Source: an uncultured Pseudomonadota bacterium | GTDB lineage: Bacteria; Pseudomonadota; Gammaproteobacteria; Burkholderiales; CAIKXV01 | Assembly (NCBI GenBank): GCA_903831455.1 | Contig: CAIKXV010000168.1 | Span: 5,116-69,115, forward strand | Reading direction: 5' to 3' | Length of the DNA stretch: 64,000 bases | Shown: positions 1 through 10,653 of the stretch, in pieces | How positions within the stretch are numbered: position 1 is the stretch's first letter | Layout: every line of letters begins with the position of its first letter | Program-made: the position numbers and the translations under genes | The notes under the pieces: model-generated | The model's input: only the letters and a program-made list of their open reading frames with translations | Told to the model about the DNA's origin: nothing | The model's database searches: none

Positions 1-21
1 GCCCGCGCCGGGGGCCGGGAC

Positions 22-885
22 ATGATGCTGCGCGCAGGCCTCGCGCTGTTCTGGCTCGCGCACCTGCTGCCGGTACCGGTCCTGGCCGCGCTCGGCGAGG
101 CGATCGGGCGGCTGGCGTGGCGGCTGCCGACCGAGCGGCGGCAGGTCGTTCGCGCCAACCTCGCGCTGTGTTTCCCCGAACGGTCCGCCGACGCGCGCGA
201 GCGACTCGGGCGCGAGCACTTCGCCGCCTTCGCGCGCAGCGCACTGGAGCTCGGGCTGGCCTGGTGGTCGCGTCCGAGCCGGCTGGCGCGCGTGGTGCGC
301 ATCGAGGGCGAGCATTGGCTGGACGAACTGGCTGGCCGGCCGCTGATCGTGCTCACGCCCCACTTCGTGGGACTGGAGATCGCCGCGCAGCGCATGGCTA
401 GCGGCCGCCGCGCGGTGGCCTACTATTCCCACCAGAAGAATCGCGCCTTCGACGCATTCCTGCGCGGCCGTCGCAACCGGTTCGGCACCGTGCGCATGGT
501 GTCCCGCCAGCAGGGCATCCGGCCGGTCGTGCGCGCGATCCGCGAGGGCCTGCCGCTCTATTACCTGCCCGACATGGACCTGGGCGAGCGCGACTCGATC
601 TTCGTGCCCTTCTTCGGGCAGCCCGCCGCCACGGTACCCGCGCTCGGTCGGCTGGTGCGCCTGACCGGGGCGACGGTACTGCCTTGCGTGACCGAGCAGC
701 AGCCGGGCGGCGGCTACGTGGTGCGCCTGATGCCCCCGCTGGAGGGGCTGGGCCACGACGATGTCGCCGACACCCTCCGGATGAACGCCTTCATCGAGGA
801 GCAGGTTCGCCTGCGTCCCGCGCAGTACCTCTGGCTGCACAAGCGATTCAAGACCCGACCCCCGGGTGCGAGCCCGGTGTACTGA
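22..885 (+). CDS. Lipid A biosynthesis acyltransferase, LpxL/HtrB family (possibly 5' truncated by window edge)
   Basis: ORF 22..885. N-terminal hydrophobic helix, [10 protein letters not shown] block and HX4E-type acyltransferase motif (TPHFVGLE) typical of lauroyl/myristoyl acyltransferases. The frame is open back to nt 1. Confidence 0.75.
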   Translation: MMLRAGLALFWLAHLLPVPVLAALGEAIGRLAWRLPTERRQVVRANLALCFPERSADARERLGREHFAAFARSALELGLAWWSRPSRLARVVRIEGEHWLDELAGRPLIVLTPHFVGLEIAAQRMASGRRAVAYYSHQKNRAFDAFLRGRRNRFGTVRMVSRQQGIRPVVRAIREGLPLYYLPDMDLGERDSIFVPFFGQPAATVPALGRLVRLTGATVLPCVTEQQPGGGYVVRLMPPLEGLGHDDVADTLRMNAFIEEQVRLRPAQYLWLHKRFKTRPPGASPVY

Positions 886-909
886 GCCCGATACCGCAGG
901 AGACCGACG

Positions 910-1335
910 ATGTTCGTCAATCCCGATGCGCAGCGCTTGCGCGAATGGCTGGAGGCAACCCGGACCATCGCCGTGGTCGGCCTGTCGCCGAAGCCCGATC
1001 GACCGAGCCATTCCGTGGCGCGGGCGATGCAGGGTTTCGGCTACCGGATCGTGCCGGTGAACCCGGGCCAGGCCACCCTGCTGGGCGAGCCCTGCTGGCC
1101 GACGCTGTCGGACATTCCACCCGACGTCCGCGCGGGCATCGACCTGGTCGACGTGTTCCGCCAGTCCGATGCGGTGCCCGGCATCGTCGACGAATGCATC
1201 GCGCTGGGGCTGCGCCGGCTCTGGCTCCAGGACGGCGTGGTCGACGAGGCTTCGGCCCTGCGGGCGCAAGCCGCCGGCATCGAGGTGGTGATGGATCGCT
1301 GCGTGTATCGGGACTATGTACACTTGGTGCGATGA
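910..1335 (+). CDS. CoA-binding domain protein (YccU/YneT-like)
   Basis: 141-aa [37 protein letters not shown] is the classic CoA-binding Rossmann-like N-terminus. The stop overlaps the dapF start (ATGA). Confidence 0.75.
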   Translation: MFVNPDAQRLREWLEATRTIAVVGLSPKPDRPSHSVARAMQGFGYRIVPVNPGQATLLGEPCWPTLSDIPPDVRAGIDLVDVFRQSDAVPGIVDECIALGLRRLWLQDGVVDEASALRAQAAGIEVVMDRCVYRDYVHLVR

Positions 1336-2162
1336 AGCTGTCCTTCACCAAGATGCACGGCGCGGGTAACGACTTCGTCGTGTTCGACGCCACGCGGGCG
1401 CCCCTGCACCTGCAGGCCGAGCAGTTGCGACGCATCGCCGACCGGCACTTCGGCGTGGGCTGCGACCAGATCCTCCTGGTCGAGCCCTCGCGCACCCCCG
1501 ACGCCCGCTTCCGCTACCGCATCTTCAATGCCGACGGCGGCGAGGTCGAACAGTGCGGCAACGGCGCGCGCTGTTTCGCGCGCTACGTGCGTGACGCCGG
1601 GCTCGTCGACTGCGACGAGGTTCGTGTCGAGACGCTCGCAGGGGTCATCACGCTGAGGCTCCAGGCCGACGGGCAGGTGAGCGTCGACATGGGGCGCCCC
1701 GAGTTCGAGCCGGCGCGCGTGCCATTCGATGCCCCGGCGCGCGCCGACGTGTATCGCCTCGAGCTCGATGCCGGCGCGATCGAGATCTCGGCGGTGTCGA
1801 TGGGCAATCCGCACGCGGTGCAGTTCGTCGCCGACGTCGATGCCGCGCCGGTGGCCGAACTCGGGCCGCGCGTGGAATCCCATCCGCGCTTCCCGCAGCG
1901 CGTGAATGCAGGGTTCGCGCAGCGCATCGATCGGCACACGCTGCGGCTGCGGGTGTACGAACGCGGCGCGGGCGAGACGCTCGCGTGCGGGACGGGCGCC
2001 TGCGCGGCTGCGGTCGTCGGTATCCTGCGGGGGCTGCTCGACTCGCCGGTGGCGGTGCAGACCCGGGGCGGTACGCTCACCATCGCCTGGGCCGGCGAAG
2101 GCGAGGCGGTGACAATGACCGGGCCCGCGGTTCGCGTATTCGAGGGCAGCATCGAGGTCTGA
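1332..2162 (+). CDS. dapF: Diaminopimelate epimerase
   Basis: Internal ATG of ORF 684..2162. [21 protein letters not shown]-terminus and two catalytic Cys motifs ([18 protein letters not shown]). Confidence 0.93.
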   Translation: MKLSFTKMHGAGNDFVVFDATRAPLHLQAEQLRRIADRHFGVGCDQILLVEPSRTPDARFRYRIFNADGGEVEQCGNGARCFARYVRDAGLVDCDEVRVETLAGVITLRLQADGQVSVDMGRPEFEPARVPFDAPARADVYRLELDAGAIEISAVSMGNPHAVQFVADVDAAPVAELGPRVESHPRFPQRVNAGFAQRIDRHTLRLRVYERGAGETLACGTGACAAAVVGILRGLLDSPVAVQTRGGTLTIAWAGEGEAVTMTGPAVRVFEGSIEV

Positions 2163-2217
2163 CCCGGGGCGCCGCCGCGCTGCGGCCCGCGCACCGAAGC
2201 AACGAGAGGGAGCAGAA

Positions 2218-2886
2218 ATGGCGGAGAGCAGCGCCGAGGCCGTGGCGGCCTACCTGAAGTCGAACCCCGATTTCTTCGACACCCACGCCGACCTGATTGC
2301 CGCGCTGAGCGTGCCCAATCCGCACGGGGGCAGCGCCGTCTCGATCGCCGAGCGGCAGGTGATCACGTTGCGCGAGCGGGTCCGCCTGCTCGAGACCAAG
2401 CTCGCCGAACTGGTCCGCTTCGGCGAGGACAACGACGCCATCGGCGACAAGCTGCACCGGCTGACGCTGGCGCTGATGAGCGCGGGCGATGCGCAGGCGG
2501 CACTGCACGTCGTGCGCTACCACCTGATCGAGGAGTTCTCGGTACCCGCGGTCGCCCTGCGCCTGTGGGCCGCGCCCGGCCCGGGCGCGACCGGCGGCGT
2601 CGATCGGCAGCCTGTGTCCGAGGAGGCGCGCGTGTTCGCCCAGACGCTGGCCCATCCCTACATCTGCGCGCAGGCGATGTACGAATCCGCGCAATGGCTG
2701 GGCGAGGGGGCGGAGTACCTTCGCTCGTTCGCCTATGTGCCGCTGCGCGCGGGTGCCGACACGCTCGGACTGCTCGCGCTCGCCAGCCAGGACGCCTCGC
2801 GTTTCGAAACCGGGATGGGCACGCTGTACCTCGCCCGCCTGGGCGAACTCGCCGGCAGTGCGCTCGCGCGCCTGCGCTCGGCCTGA
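2218..2886 (+). CDS. DUF484 family protein (YigA-like)
   Basis: 222-aa ORF with AAYLKSNPDFFDTHADLIAAL start. Conserved dapF-DUF484-xerC gene order. Confidence 0.8.
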   Translation: MAESSAEAVAAYLKSNPDFFDTHADLIAALSVPNPHGGSAVSIAERQVITLRERVRLLETKLAELVRFGEDNDAIGDKLHRLTLALMSAGDAQAALHVVRYHLIEEFSVPAVALRLWAAPGPGATGGVDRQPVSEEARVFAQTLAHPYICAQAMYESAQWLGEGAEYLRSFAYVPLRAGADTLGLLALASQDASRFETGMGTLYLARLGELAGSALARLRSA

Positions 2887-2975
2887 GCGATCCGATGGCG
2901 CGCGCACGCGGCTCGACGCGCGTCGCCGCGGCCGGGCAAGCCGGCAGCGATGATGGCGCGACGGCGCAGCGGACG

Positions 2976-3856
2976 ATGGCGCACGAGCGTCTCGATCGCT
3001 ATCTCGTGCACCTGGCGACCGAACGGCGCCTGTCCCCGCGCTCCGTCGCAGCCTACCGGGGCGATCTGCTCAGGCTGATCGACCTCTCCGGCGACCGTAC
3101 GCCGGATGAACTGGTCGCGCAGGACATCCGCCGGTTCGCGGGCCAGGTCCATGCGAGCGGACTGGACGGCCGTTCGATCGCCCGCATGCTGGCCGCATGG
3201 CGCGGGTTCTTCCGGTGGCTGTGCCGCGAGGGTGTGCTCGCGGCCAATCCGGCGGCGGGCATCCGCGCCCCGCGCAGTGCGCGCAGGCTGCCGCGGCTGC
3301 TCTCGCCCGACGAGGCGGCGCAGCTGCTCGACGCCCGTCCCGACACGCCGCTGGCGGTTCGCGATCACGCGATGCTCGAGCTCATCTACTCCTCCGGCCT
3401 TCGTCGCGGCGAGGTGGTGGGGCTGGACCTCGGCGACGTCCGGGCGCCCGAGGCGCTGGTCAGGGTGATGGGCAAGGGCAGCAAGGTCCGCGAAGTACCC
3501 GTCGGCACGCGGGCGCTGGCCGCGCTCGCCGCATGGCTCGAGGTTCGTTCGACGATCGCCCGCGAAGGCGAGCGCGCGCTGTTCGTCGGCGCCCGTGGCG
3601 CGCGCATCGATCCGCGTGCGGTCGGCAGCCGCGCGGCGGCCTGGGCGCAGCGGCAGGGGCTCTCGCAGCACCTGCATCCCCACATGCTGCGCCATTCGTT
3701 TGCCTCGCACCTCCTGCAGTCCAGCGGCGACCTGCGGGCGGTGCAGGAACTGCTCGGCCACGAGAGCATCGGTACCACGCAGATCTACACGCATCTCGAC
3801 TTCCAGCATCTCTCCCGCGCCTACGATGCCGCGCATCCGCGCGCGCGGCGTCGTTC

Positions 3857-3860
<4 letters not shown>
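2976..3860 (+). CDS. xerC: Tyrosine recombinase XerC
   Basis: In ORF 2565..3860, MAHERLDRYLVHLATERRLSP start (alternative ATG at 2895). Catalytic signature HMLRHSFASHLL ... LLGHESIGTTQIYTH. Confidence 0.9.
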
Positions 3861-5158
<1,298 letters not shown>

Positions 5159-5315
5159 CCGCCCCGGCGGGCGCCTGCCGCGCCGCGCGCGGCGCGTACA
5201 CTCCCAGCCCCGGGGCGTCGAGGGCCTGTCGGTTGCGCGCGGGGCGAACCGCCGCGAGCCTTCGGTGGCCAGTCTCGCCCCGGACTGCGGAGCGGTTGCT
5301 GTGACACGGGATTCC

Positions 5316-6074
5316 ATGGACAGGCCGGCGCGAACCACGAGGCAACGCTCCGACACGGTGGCGCTGGCGGCGCTGGTCGGATCGCTGGCCGTGCACGCCG
5401 CGGCGCTCCTGCTGCCTGCAGCCCCGCCGTTGCCGTCCGTGCCCGTCGAGCCCCCTCGGCCCCTGCTGGTTCGCATCGACCCGCTGCCGGTCAGCGCCCC
5501 GGCAGCGCCGCCGGCACGCAGGCTGGCGCCGACGCCCGCGCCGCCTGCCGCGTCCCCGGCGAGCCTGCCTGCAACCCCACCGGGTTCGACCCCGGCGCCA
5601 ATCCCGCCCGCGGCCCCGACCTCGGCGGCTTTCGTCCCGCCCGCGCCTGCGGTCGCGGTCGTGGCGCCATCGACGCCATCGGCGACCCCGTCGACCCCTG
5701 CGGGCAGCGAGGGGCGCAGCACGGCTCCCGCCGCGCCGCCGGAGAAGCCCGCGGCAGTGGCCGCACCCTCGCGACCCGGCCCCGCGCCGGTCAGCGCGCC
5801 GCTCTTCGACGCCGACTACCTGCACAACCCGCCGCCGCGATATCCGCCCGCCGCGCAGCGGCTGCGCGAGAGCGGGCGCGTGATGCTGTCGGTGCAGGTG
5901 AGCGCGGCCGGTCTTCCCGAGCGGGTGGAACTCGCGGCGAGCAGCGGTTCCCCGCGACTCGACCAGGCGGCACTGGAGACCGTGAGGCGCTGGCGATTCG
6001 TGCCCGCGCAGCAGGGCGGCAAGGCCGTCGCGGCGGGCGTCCTCGTGCCCATCGTCTTCCGGCTGGACGACTAG
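5316..6074 (+). CDS. tonB: Energy transducer TonB
   Basis: N-terminal TM helix, long Pro/Ala-rich spacer, and C-terminal TonB domain (YPPAAQRLRESGRVMLSVQV...RWRFVPAQQGGKAV). Start at 5316 or 5265. Confidence 0.85.
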   Translation: MDRPARTTRQRSDTVALAALVGSLAVHAAALLLPAAPPLPSVPVEPPRPLLVRIDPLPVSAPAAPPARRLAPTPAPPAASPASLPATPPGSTPAPIPPAAPTSAAFVPPAPAVAVVAPSTPSATPSTPAGSEGRSTAPAAPPEKPAAVAAPSRPGPAPVSAPLFDADYLHNPPPRYPPAAQRLRESGRVMLSVQVSAAGLPERVELAASSGSPRLDQAALETVRRWRFVPAQQGGKAVAAGVLVPIVFRLDD

Positions 6075-6158
6075 CGCGAGGCCGGGCCCGCGGGCCGGGC
6101 GGCCGGGCGCGACGGGGTGGGCCCGGCGAGATGCGATCGACGGGGCGCAATCCAAAGA

Positions 6159-6171
6159 GCAACTGAGTTGC
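6159..6171. promoter_or_regulatory. Palindrome GCAACTGAGTTGC upstream of znuC (candidate operator; 11 nt shared with the TBDR upstream region)
   Basis: Perfect 6-1-6 palindrome in the tonB-znuC spacer. The 11-mer GCAACTGAGTT recurs at 12844..12854. Confidence 0.45.
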
Positions 6172-6402
6172 GTGCGGGATCGTCCTGTGTTCAGATACCG
6201 CCCCCTCGCGCGTTCGGGCGTGGGGGCTGCGCGCGGCCCTCGCCCGCGAGTGCCCGGCGTGCCGCCTGCGCGCCCATCGATCGGCCCTTTCCATGACTTC
6301 AGCCTTCCTCGCCAGCAGCCGGGCGCGAGTGGCCGCCGCGGCCCTCGCGGTCGCGTTGCTCTGGCTGGCCGTGGGCTGGGCGCTGGCCTGACCCCGTCCG
6401 CG

Positions 6403-7167
6403 ATGTCGATCCACGCGTCCGCCGCAGGCGCCAGCATCGTGCTGGACAACCTGACCGTTGCCTACGAGGGTCATCCCGCCGTCCATCACCTGCACGGCAC
6501 CTTTGCCGCGGGTTCGATGACCGCCGTGGTCGGGCCCAACGGCGCGGGCAAGAGCAGCCTGCTGCGCGCGATCGTCGGCATGCTGCGACCGGCCGAGGGC
6601 GAAGTGCGGCTGCTCGGCGTGCATCCCGGTGACATCGCCTACCTTCCGCAGCAGACCGAGGTCGACCGCCAGTTTCCCCTGCCGGTGGGCGATCTGGTGG
6701 CGATGGGCGCCTGGCGCCGGTCCGGCCCGCTGGCGGCGATCGGCGCCGAACTGTGCGACCGGGTGCGCGAGGCGATCCATGCGGTGGGCCTCGGTGGCCT
6801 GGACGAGCGGCCGATCGGTACCCTGTCGGTCGGACAGTTCCAGCGCGTGCTGTTCGCTCGCGTGATGGTCCAGGACGCGCCCCTGATCCTGCTCGACGAG
6901 CCGTTCAACGCGATCGACGAGCGGACCTGCGGCGACCTGATCGCCCTCGTGCATCGCTGGCACGGCGAGGGACGCACGCTGCTCGCGGTGTTGCACGACC
7001 TGCAGCAGGTCCGGGAGCACTTCCCGCAGTCGCTGCTGCTCTCCCGCGAGAAGGTGGCCTGGGGAGATACCGCGGGCGTGCTCACGCCGGAGCATCTGTC
7101 GCGCGCGCGCTCGCTCGCCGAAGGCTGGGATGCCCATCCGGCGGTGTGCGAGGTCAGGCCGCACTGA
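6403..7167 (+). CDS. znuC: Zinc/manganese-type metal ABC transporter ATP-binding protein
   Basis: Walker A GPNGAGKSS, signature LSVGQFQR, Walker B LILLDEP. Followed by a matching permease and binding protein. Confidence 0.88.
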   Translation: MSIHASAAGASIVLDNLTVAYEGHPAVHHLHGTFAAGSMTAVVGPNGAGKSSLLRAIVGMLRPAEGEVRLLGVHPGDIAYLPQQTEVDRQFPLPVGDLVAMGAWRRSGPLAAIGAELCDRVREAIHAVGLGGLDERPIGTLSVGQFQRVLFARVMVQDAPLILLDEPFNAIDERTCGDLIALVHRWHGEGRTLLAVLHDLQQVREHFPQSLLLSREKVAWGDTAGVLTPEHLSRARSLAEGWDAHPAVCEVRPH

Positions 7168-7183
7168 GCGGCCGCGCACGACC

Positions 7184-8059
7184 ATGGACCTGCTCTGGAG
7201 CCTTCTTGCCGCGCCGTTCGCCGACTACGGCTTCATGCGACGCGCGCTGGTGGCCTGCCTGGCACTGGCCGTCGGATGCGGCCCGATCGGCGTATTCCTG
7301 ATCCTGCGCCGCATGAGCCTCGTCGGCGACGCGATGTCGCACGCGGTGCTGCCCGGTGCGGCCATCGCGTTCCTGCTCTTCGGCTTCTCGCTGCCGGCGA
7401 TGACGGTGGGCGGCTTCGTGGTGGGCCTGGCGGTGGCGCTGCTCGCCGGCAGCGTGACCCGCCTCACCCCCCAGCGCGAGGATACGAGCTTCGCCGCGCT
7501 GTTCCTCGTCTCGCTCGCGCTCGGCGTGATGCTGGTGTCGGCTGCAGGCACCTCGGTGGACCTGATGCACGTGCTGTTCGGGGCCATCCTTGCGGTCGAC
7601 GACCCCGCGCTGGTGCTGGTGGCCGCGATCGCCTCGATCAGCCTGATGGTGCTGGCCGCGATCTACCGCGGCCTGGTCATCGAGTGCGTGGATCCCGGCT
7701 TCCTGCGTGCGGTGCAGGGGGGCGGCGCCCGCTACCACTTCCTGTTCCTCGTGCTGGTCGTGCTGAACCTGGTCGCCGGATTCCAGTCGCTGGGTACGCT
7801 GATGGCGGTGGGACTGATGATGCTGCCTGCGGCCAGCGCGCGATTCTGGACGATGGAGATCGGCCGCATGATCCTGTTCTCGACCGGCGTGGCCTTCGCC
7901 TGCGGATACGTGGGGTTGCTGGTCTCCTACCACCTCAGCCTGCCATCGGGCCCGGCGGTGATCCTCACGGCGGGGGCGGTGTACGTCCTCTCGGTGCTGC
8001 TCGGGCCGCACGGCGGGCTGCTGACCGCGCGACTGCGCAGCCGCCACTACCAGCGCTAG
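7184..8059 (+). CDS. znuB: Metal ABC transporter permease (ZnuB-like)
   Basis: MDLLWSLLAAPFADYGFMRRAL start and a polytopic hydrophobic ABC-3 type permease pattern. In operon order with znuC and znuA. Confidence 0.88.
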   Translation: MDLLWSLLAAPFADYGFMRRALVACLALAVGCGPIGVFLILRRMSLVGDAMSHAVLPGAAIAFLLFGFSLPAMTVGGFVVGLAVALLAGSVTRLTPQREDTSFAALFLVSLALGVMLVSAAGTSVDLMHVLFGAILAVDDPALVLVAAIASISLMVLAAIYRGLVIECVDPGFLRAVQGGGARYHFLFLVLVVLNLVAGFQSLGTLMAVGLMMLPAASARFWTMEIGRMILFSTGVAFACGYVGLLVSYHLSLPSGPAVILTAGAVYVLSVLLGPHGGLLTARLRSRHYQR

Positions 8060-8069
8060 CGACCCTTCG

Positions 8070-9143
8070 ATGACGACGACTCCACCCGCGGCCCGACCGA
8101 TGTCCCGCCCCGCGTCCAGTGCGCCCTGCCCGGGCGTCGAGGTGCAGGCTCGGGGTGCCGGCCCGGGATCGCCCGGCCGCCGCGCCGTGCTGGCGTCGGC
8201 CCTCCTGCTGGCGGCCTGCTCGCGCCCTGCCCCGGAGCCGGCCGCGCCCGCAGCCGCCCCCCTGCCGATCGTGGCGACGTTCACCCTGCTCGCCGACATG
8301 GTCGCCAACATCGGCGGCGATCGAGTCGCGGTCCGCTCGCTGGTCGGCCCCGACGGCGACGCGCACGTGTTCTCGCCGAGTCCTGCCGATGCGAAGACGC
8401 TGGCGGGGGCAGGGCTGGTGGTGGTGAACGGCATGGGTTTCGAGGGCTGGATCGATCGCCTGATCGCGGCCTCGGGCTATCGGGGCCCGGTCGTCGTCGC
8501 GAGCGAGGGGATCGCCGCGCTGCCCCTCGAGTCCGACGCGCACGGACATGCGCATTCGCACGGGCACGCCCACGCGGCGGGGTCCGGGTCGTCGGCTCCC
8601 GCGCTCGATCCGCACGGCTGGCAGAGCCCCGCGCAGGCGCGCCGCTATGTCGCCAACATCCTGTCCGCGCTGGTGGCGGCCGACCCGTCGAACGCGGAGT
8701 ATTTCCGGGAGCGGGCGCGAACCTACGACGCGAAGATCGAGGCACTGGACCGCGCGGCGCGCGAGCGCCTCGGCCGCATCCCCGAGGAGCGCCGCCGGGT
8801 GATCACCGGCCACGATGCGTTCGGACACCTGGGCGTCGCCTACGGCATCCGGTTCTTCTCGCCGCGGGGCGTCAGCACCGGCGGCGAGGCCAGCGCGAGG
8901 GACGTGGGCCGGCTGATCCGGCAGATCCGCGAGCAGCGGATTCGCGCGGTGTTCGTGGAGAACATCAGCGACCCGCGGCTGGTCGAGCAGATCGCGCGAG
9001 AATCCGGCGCGCGGGTGGGCGGGGTGCTGTTCTCCGACGCGCTGTCCGCGAAGGATGCCCGCGCATCGACCTATCTGGAGATGATGCGCCACAATATCGA
9101 GACGATTGCATCGGCGCTGGCCGAGGAGCCGGCTGCCCGCTGA
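8070..9143 (+). CDS. znuA: Metal (zinc) ABC transporter substrate-binding protein with His-rich loop
   Basis: Lipobox-like LLLAAC and TroA/ZnuA-like core (IVATFTLLADMVANIGGD ... DPHGWQSP ... ITGHDAFGHL). His-rich loop DAHGHAHSHGHAHAAG at nt 8541..8573. Confidence 0.88.
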   Translation: MTTTPPAARPMSRPASSAPCPGVEVQARGAGPGSPGRRAVLASALLLAACSRPAPEPAAPAAAPLPIVATFTLLADMVANIGGDRVAVRSLVGPDGDAHVFSPSPADAKTLAGAGLVVVNGMGFEGWIDRLIAASGYRGPVVVASEGIAALPLESDAHGHAHSHGHAHAAGSGSSAPALDPHGWQSPAQARRYVANILSALVAADPSNAEYFRERARTYDAKIEALDRAARERLGRIPEERRRVITGHDAFGHLGVAYGIRFFSPRGVSTGGEASARDVGRLIRQIREQRIRAVFVENISDPRLVEQIARESGARVGGVLFSDALSAKDARASTYLEMMRHNIETIASALAEEPAAR

Positions 9144-9194
9144 CGCCGCGCGAGGGGTGGCCGTCCGCGATGGCCGCCCGCGCCGACCGGAGCC

Positions 9195-9211
9195 GTGCGA
9201 AGATTTCGCAC
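9195..9211. promoter_or_regulatory. 17-bp perfect palindrome between znuA and zur
   Basis: GTGCGAA-gat-TTCGCAC, about 165 nt upstream of the proposed zur ATG. Confidence 0.35.
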
Positions 9212-9374
9212 CCGGCGGGTGGGTTCCCGACCGGCCTCGAGGCCGGACGACCGGGCCGGCCAGGCGCCCGGGGCCGTCCTCGCGGCAAGCAGGCGTGGAA
9301 GGGTCCGGGCAGTCCCGCCACCGTGCCGGGGGGTTCCCGGCGAGGCTCGTTGCCGTCACTGCAGGAAACGTCGG

Positions 9375-9911
9375 ATGTCTGCGTCGAAACCGAGAATGCC
9401 GCGTGCGCCTCGCGTGCCGATCGCGTCGATACCCGCGCGCGGACCCCGCCGGCGCCTCGAAGCGCCGGCCGCGGCCACGCCCCGCGCCCAGGCCGAGGCT
9501 GCGATCCGGGCGACCGGCGAGCGCGTCACGCAGGCGCGAGTGCAGGTGCTCGACGCGCTGCAGCGGGCCAGCCGCGCGCTCACGCACCACGAGGTCGAGG
9601 AGGCGACCGCCTCGGCAGGGCCCCTCGATCGGGTGACCGTGTACCGGGTGCTCGACTGGTTGACCCGCATGGGCCTTGCGCACCGCATCGCGGGAGAGGA
9701 CCGCGTGTGGCGCTTCAACACGGTGGCGCCCAGCGGATCGCACGAGCACGCCCACTTCCGCTGCAACGACTGTTCGCGCGTGATCTGTCTCGACGAGGCG
9801 CCGGTCGGCGTACGTCCGCGCCTGCCCGCCGGCTACCGGTCGCAGGGCGTCGAGGTCACCGTGATCGGCCAGTGCCCGGATTGCCGGCGCCCGATCCGCC
9901 AGGAGGCATGA
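9375..9911 (+). CDS. zur: Fur-family transcriptional regulator, probably Zur
   Basis: In ORF 9195..9911. RVTQARVQVLDAL ... LDRVTVYRVLDWL winged helix, HEHAHFRCNDC ... CPDC metal sites. Located inside the zinc-uptake cluster. Arg/Pro-rich N-terminal extension; start uncertain. Confidence 0.8.
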   Translation: MSASKPRMPRAPRVPIASIPARGPRRRLEAPAAATPRAQAEAAIRATGERVTQARVQVLDALQRASRALTHHEVEEATASAGPLDRVTVYRVLDWLTRMGLAHRIAGEDRVWRFNTVAPSGSHEHAHFRCNDCSRVICLDEAPVGVRPRLPAGYRSQGVEVTVIGQCPDCRRPIRQEA

Positions 9912-9951
9912 CCGCGATGTCCGGCAACCGTCGCCTGCAGCCTGTGCGCCG

Positions 9952-10653
9952 ATGCTGAGCGTGGATGCCACTGCGGGGCGCGGCGTCACCGGGGATGCGT
10001 CGCCCAGACCGGCCCTCGAAGTCGAGGGGCTGGTTCATCGCTACGAAGGTCGCGAAGTGCTGGACCTTCCGCGCTGGCAGGTCGGTGCGGGCGAAGCATG
10101 GCTGGTACTGGGGCCGTCGGGCTGCGGCAAGTCGACGCTGCTGCACTGCGCGGCCGGATTGCTGCGCGCCGCGCGCGGGAGCATCCGGGTCGCGGGCACC
10201 GAACTCGCGACGATCGGTGCAGCCGAGCGCGACCGCCTGCGCGGGCGTGCGGTCGGGCTGCTGCCGCAGCGCCTGCACCTGATTCCCGCGCTGACCGTGC
10301 TCGACAACCTCCTCGTGGCCCAGTTCGCCGCTGGCGTGCCGCGCGACCGCGCGCGCGCGCGGTCCGTGCTCGCCGCCCTCGGTCTTGCCGGGCGCGAAGC
10401 CGACCGCCCGGAGCAGCTGTCGGTCGGACAGCAGCAGCGGGTCGCGCTGGCCAGGGCAGTGATCAACCGGCCCGCGCTGTTGCTCGCCGACGAGCCCACC
10501 TCGGCGCTCGACGACGCGAACTGCGCAAGCGCGCTCGACCTGCTGCTGTCCCAGGCGGCCGAATGCGGCGCCGCGCTGGTCATCGCCACCCACGATCGGC
10601 GACTGATCGATCGCGTGCCACGGGTGCTGACCCTGCCGGCGAGTCGGTCATGA
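9952..10653 (+). CDS. ABC transporter ATP-binding protein (MacB/LolD-type)
   Basis: Walker A GPSGCGKST, signature LSVGQQQRV, Walker B LLLADEPTSALD. The stop overlaps the start of the FtsX permease. Confidence 0.88.
   Translation: MLSVDATAGRGVTGDASPRPALEVEGLVHRYEGREVLDLPRWQVGAGEAWLVLGPSGCGKSTLLHCAAGLLRAARGSIRVAGTELATIGAAERDRLRGRAVGLLPQRLHLIPALTVLDNLLVAQFAAGVPRDRARARSVLAALGLAGREADRPEQLSVGQQQRVALARAVINRPALLLADEPTSALDDANCASALDLLLSQAAECGAALVIATHDRRLIDRVPRVLTLPASRS

Noticed and set aside
684-2162. 492-aa version of dapF with a 216-aa N-terminal extension
   Set aside because: The extension is Arg/Gly/Pro-rich and overlaps the well-supported CoA-binding protein gene in another frame. DapF homology begins exactly at the ATG at 1332.
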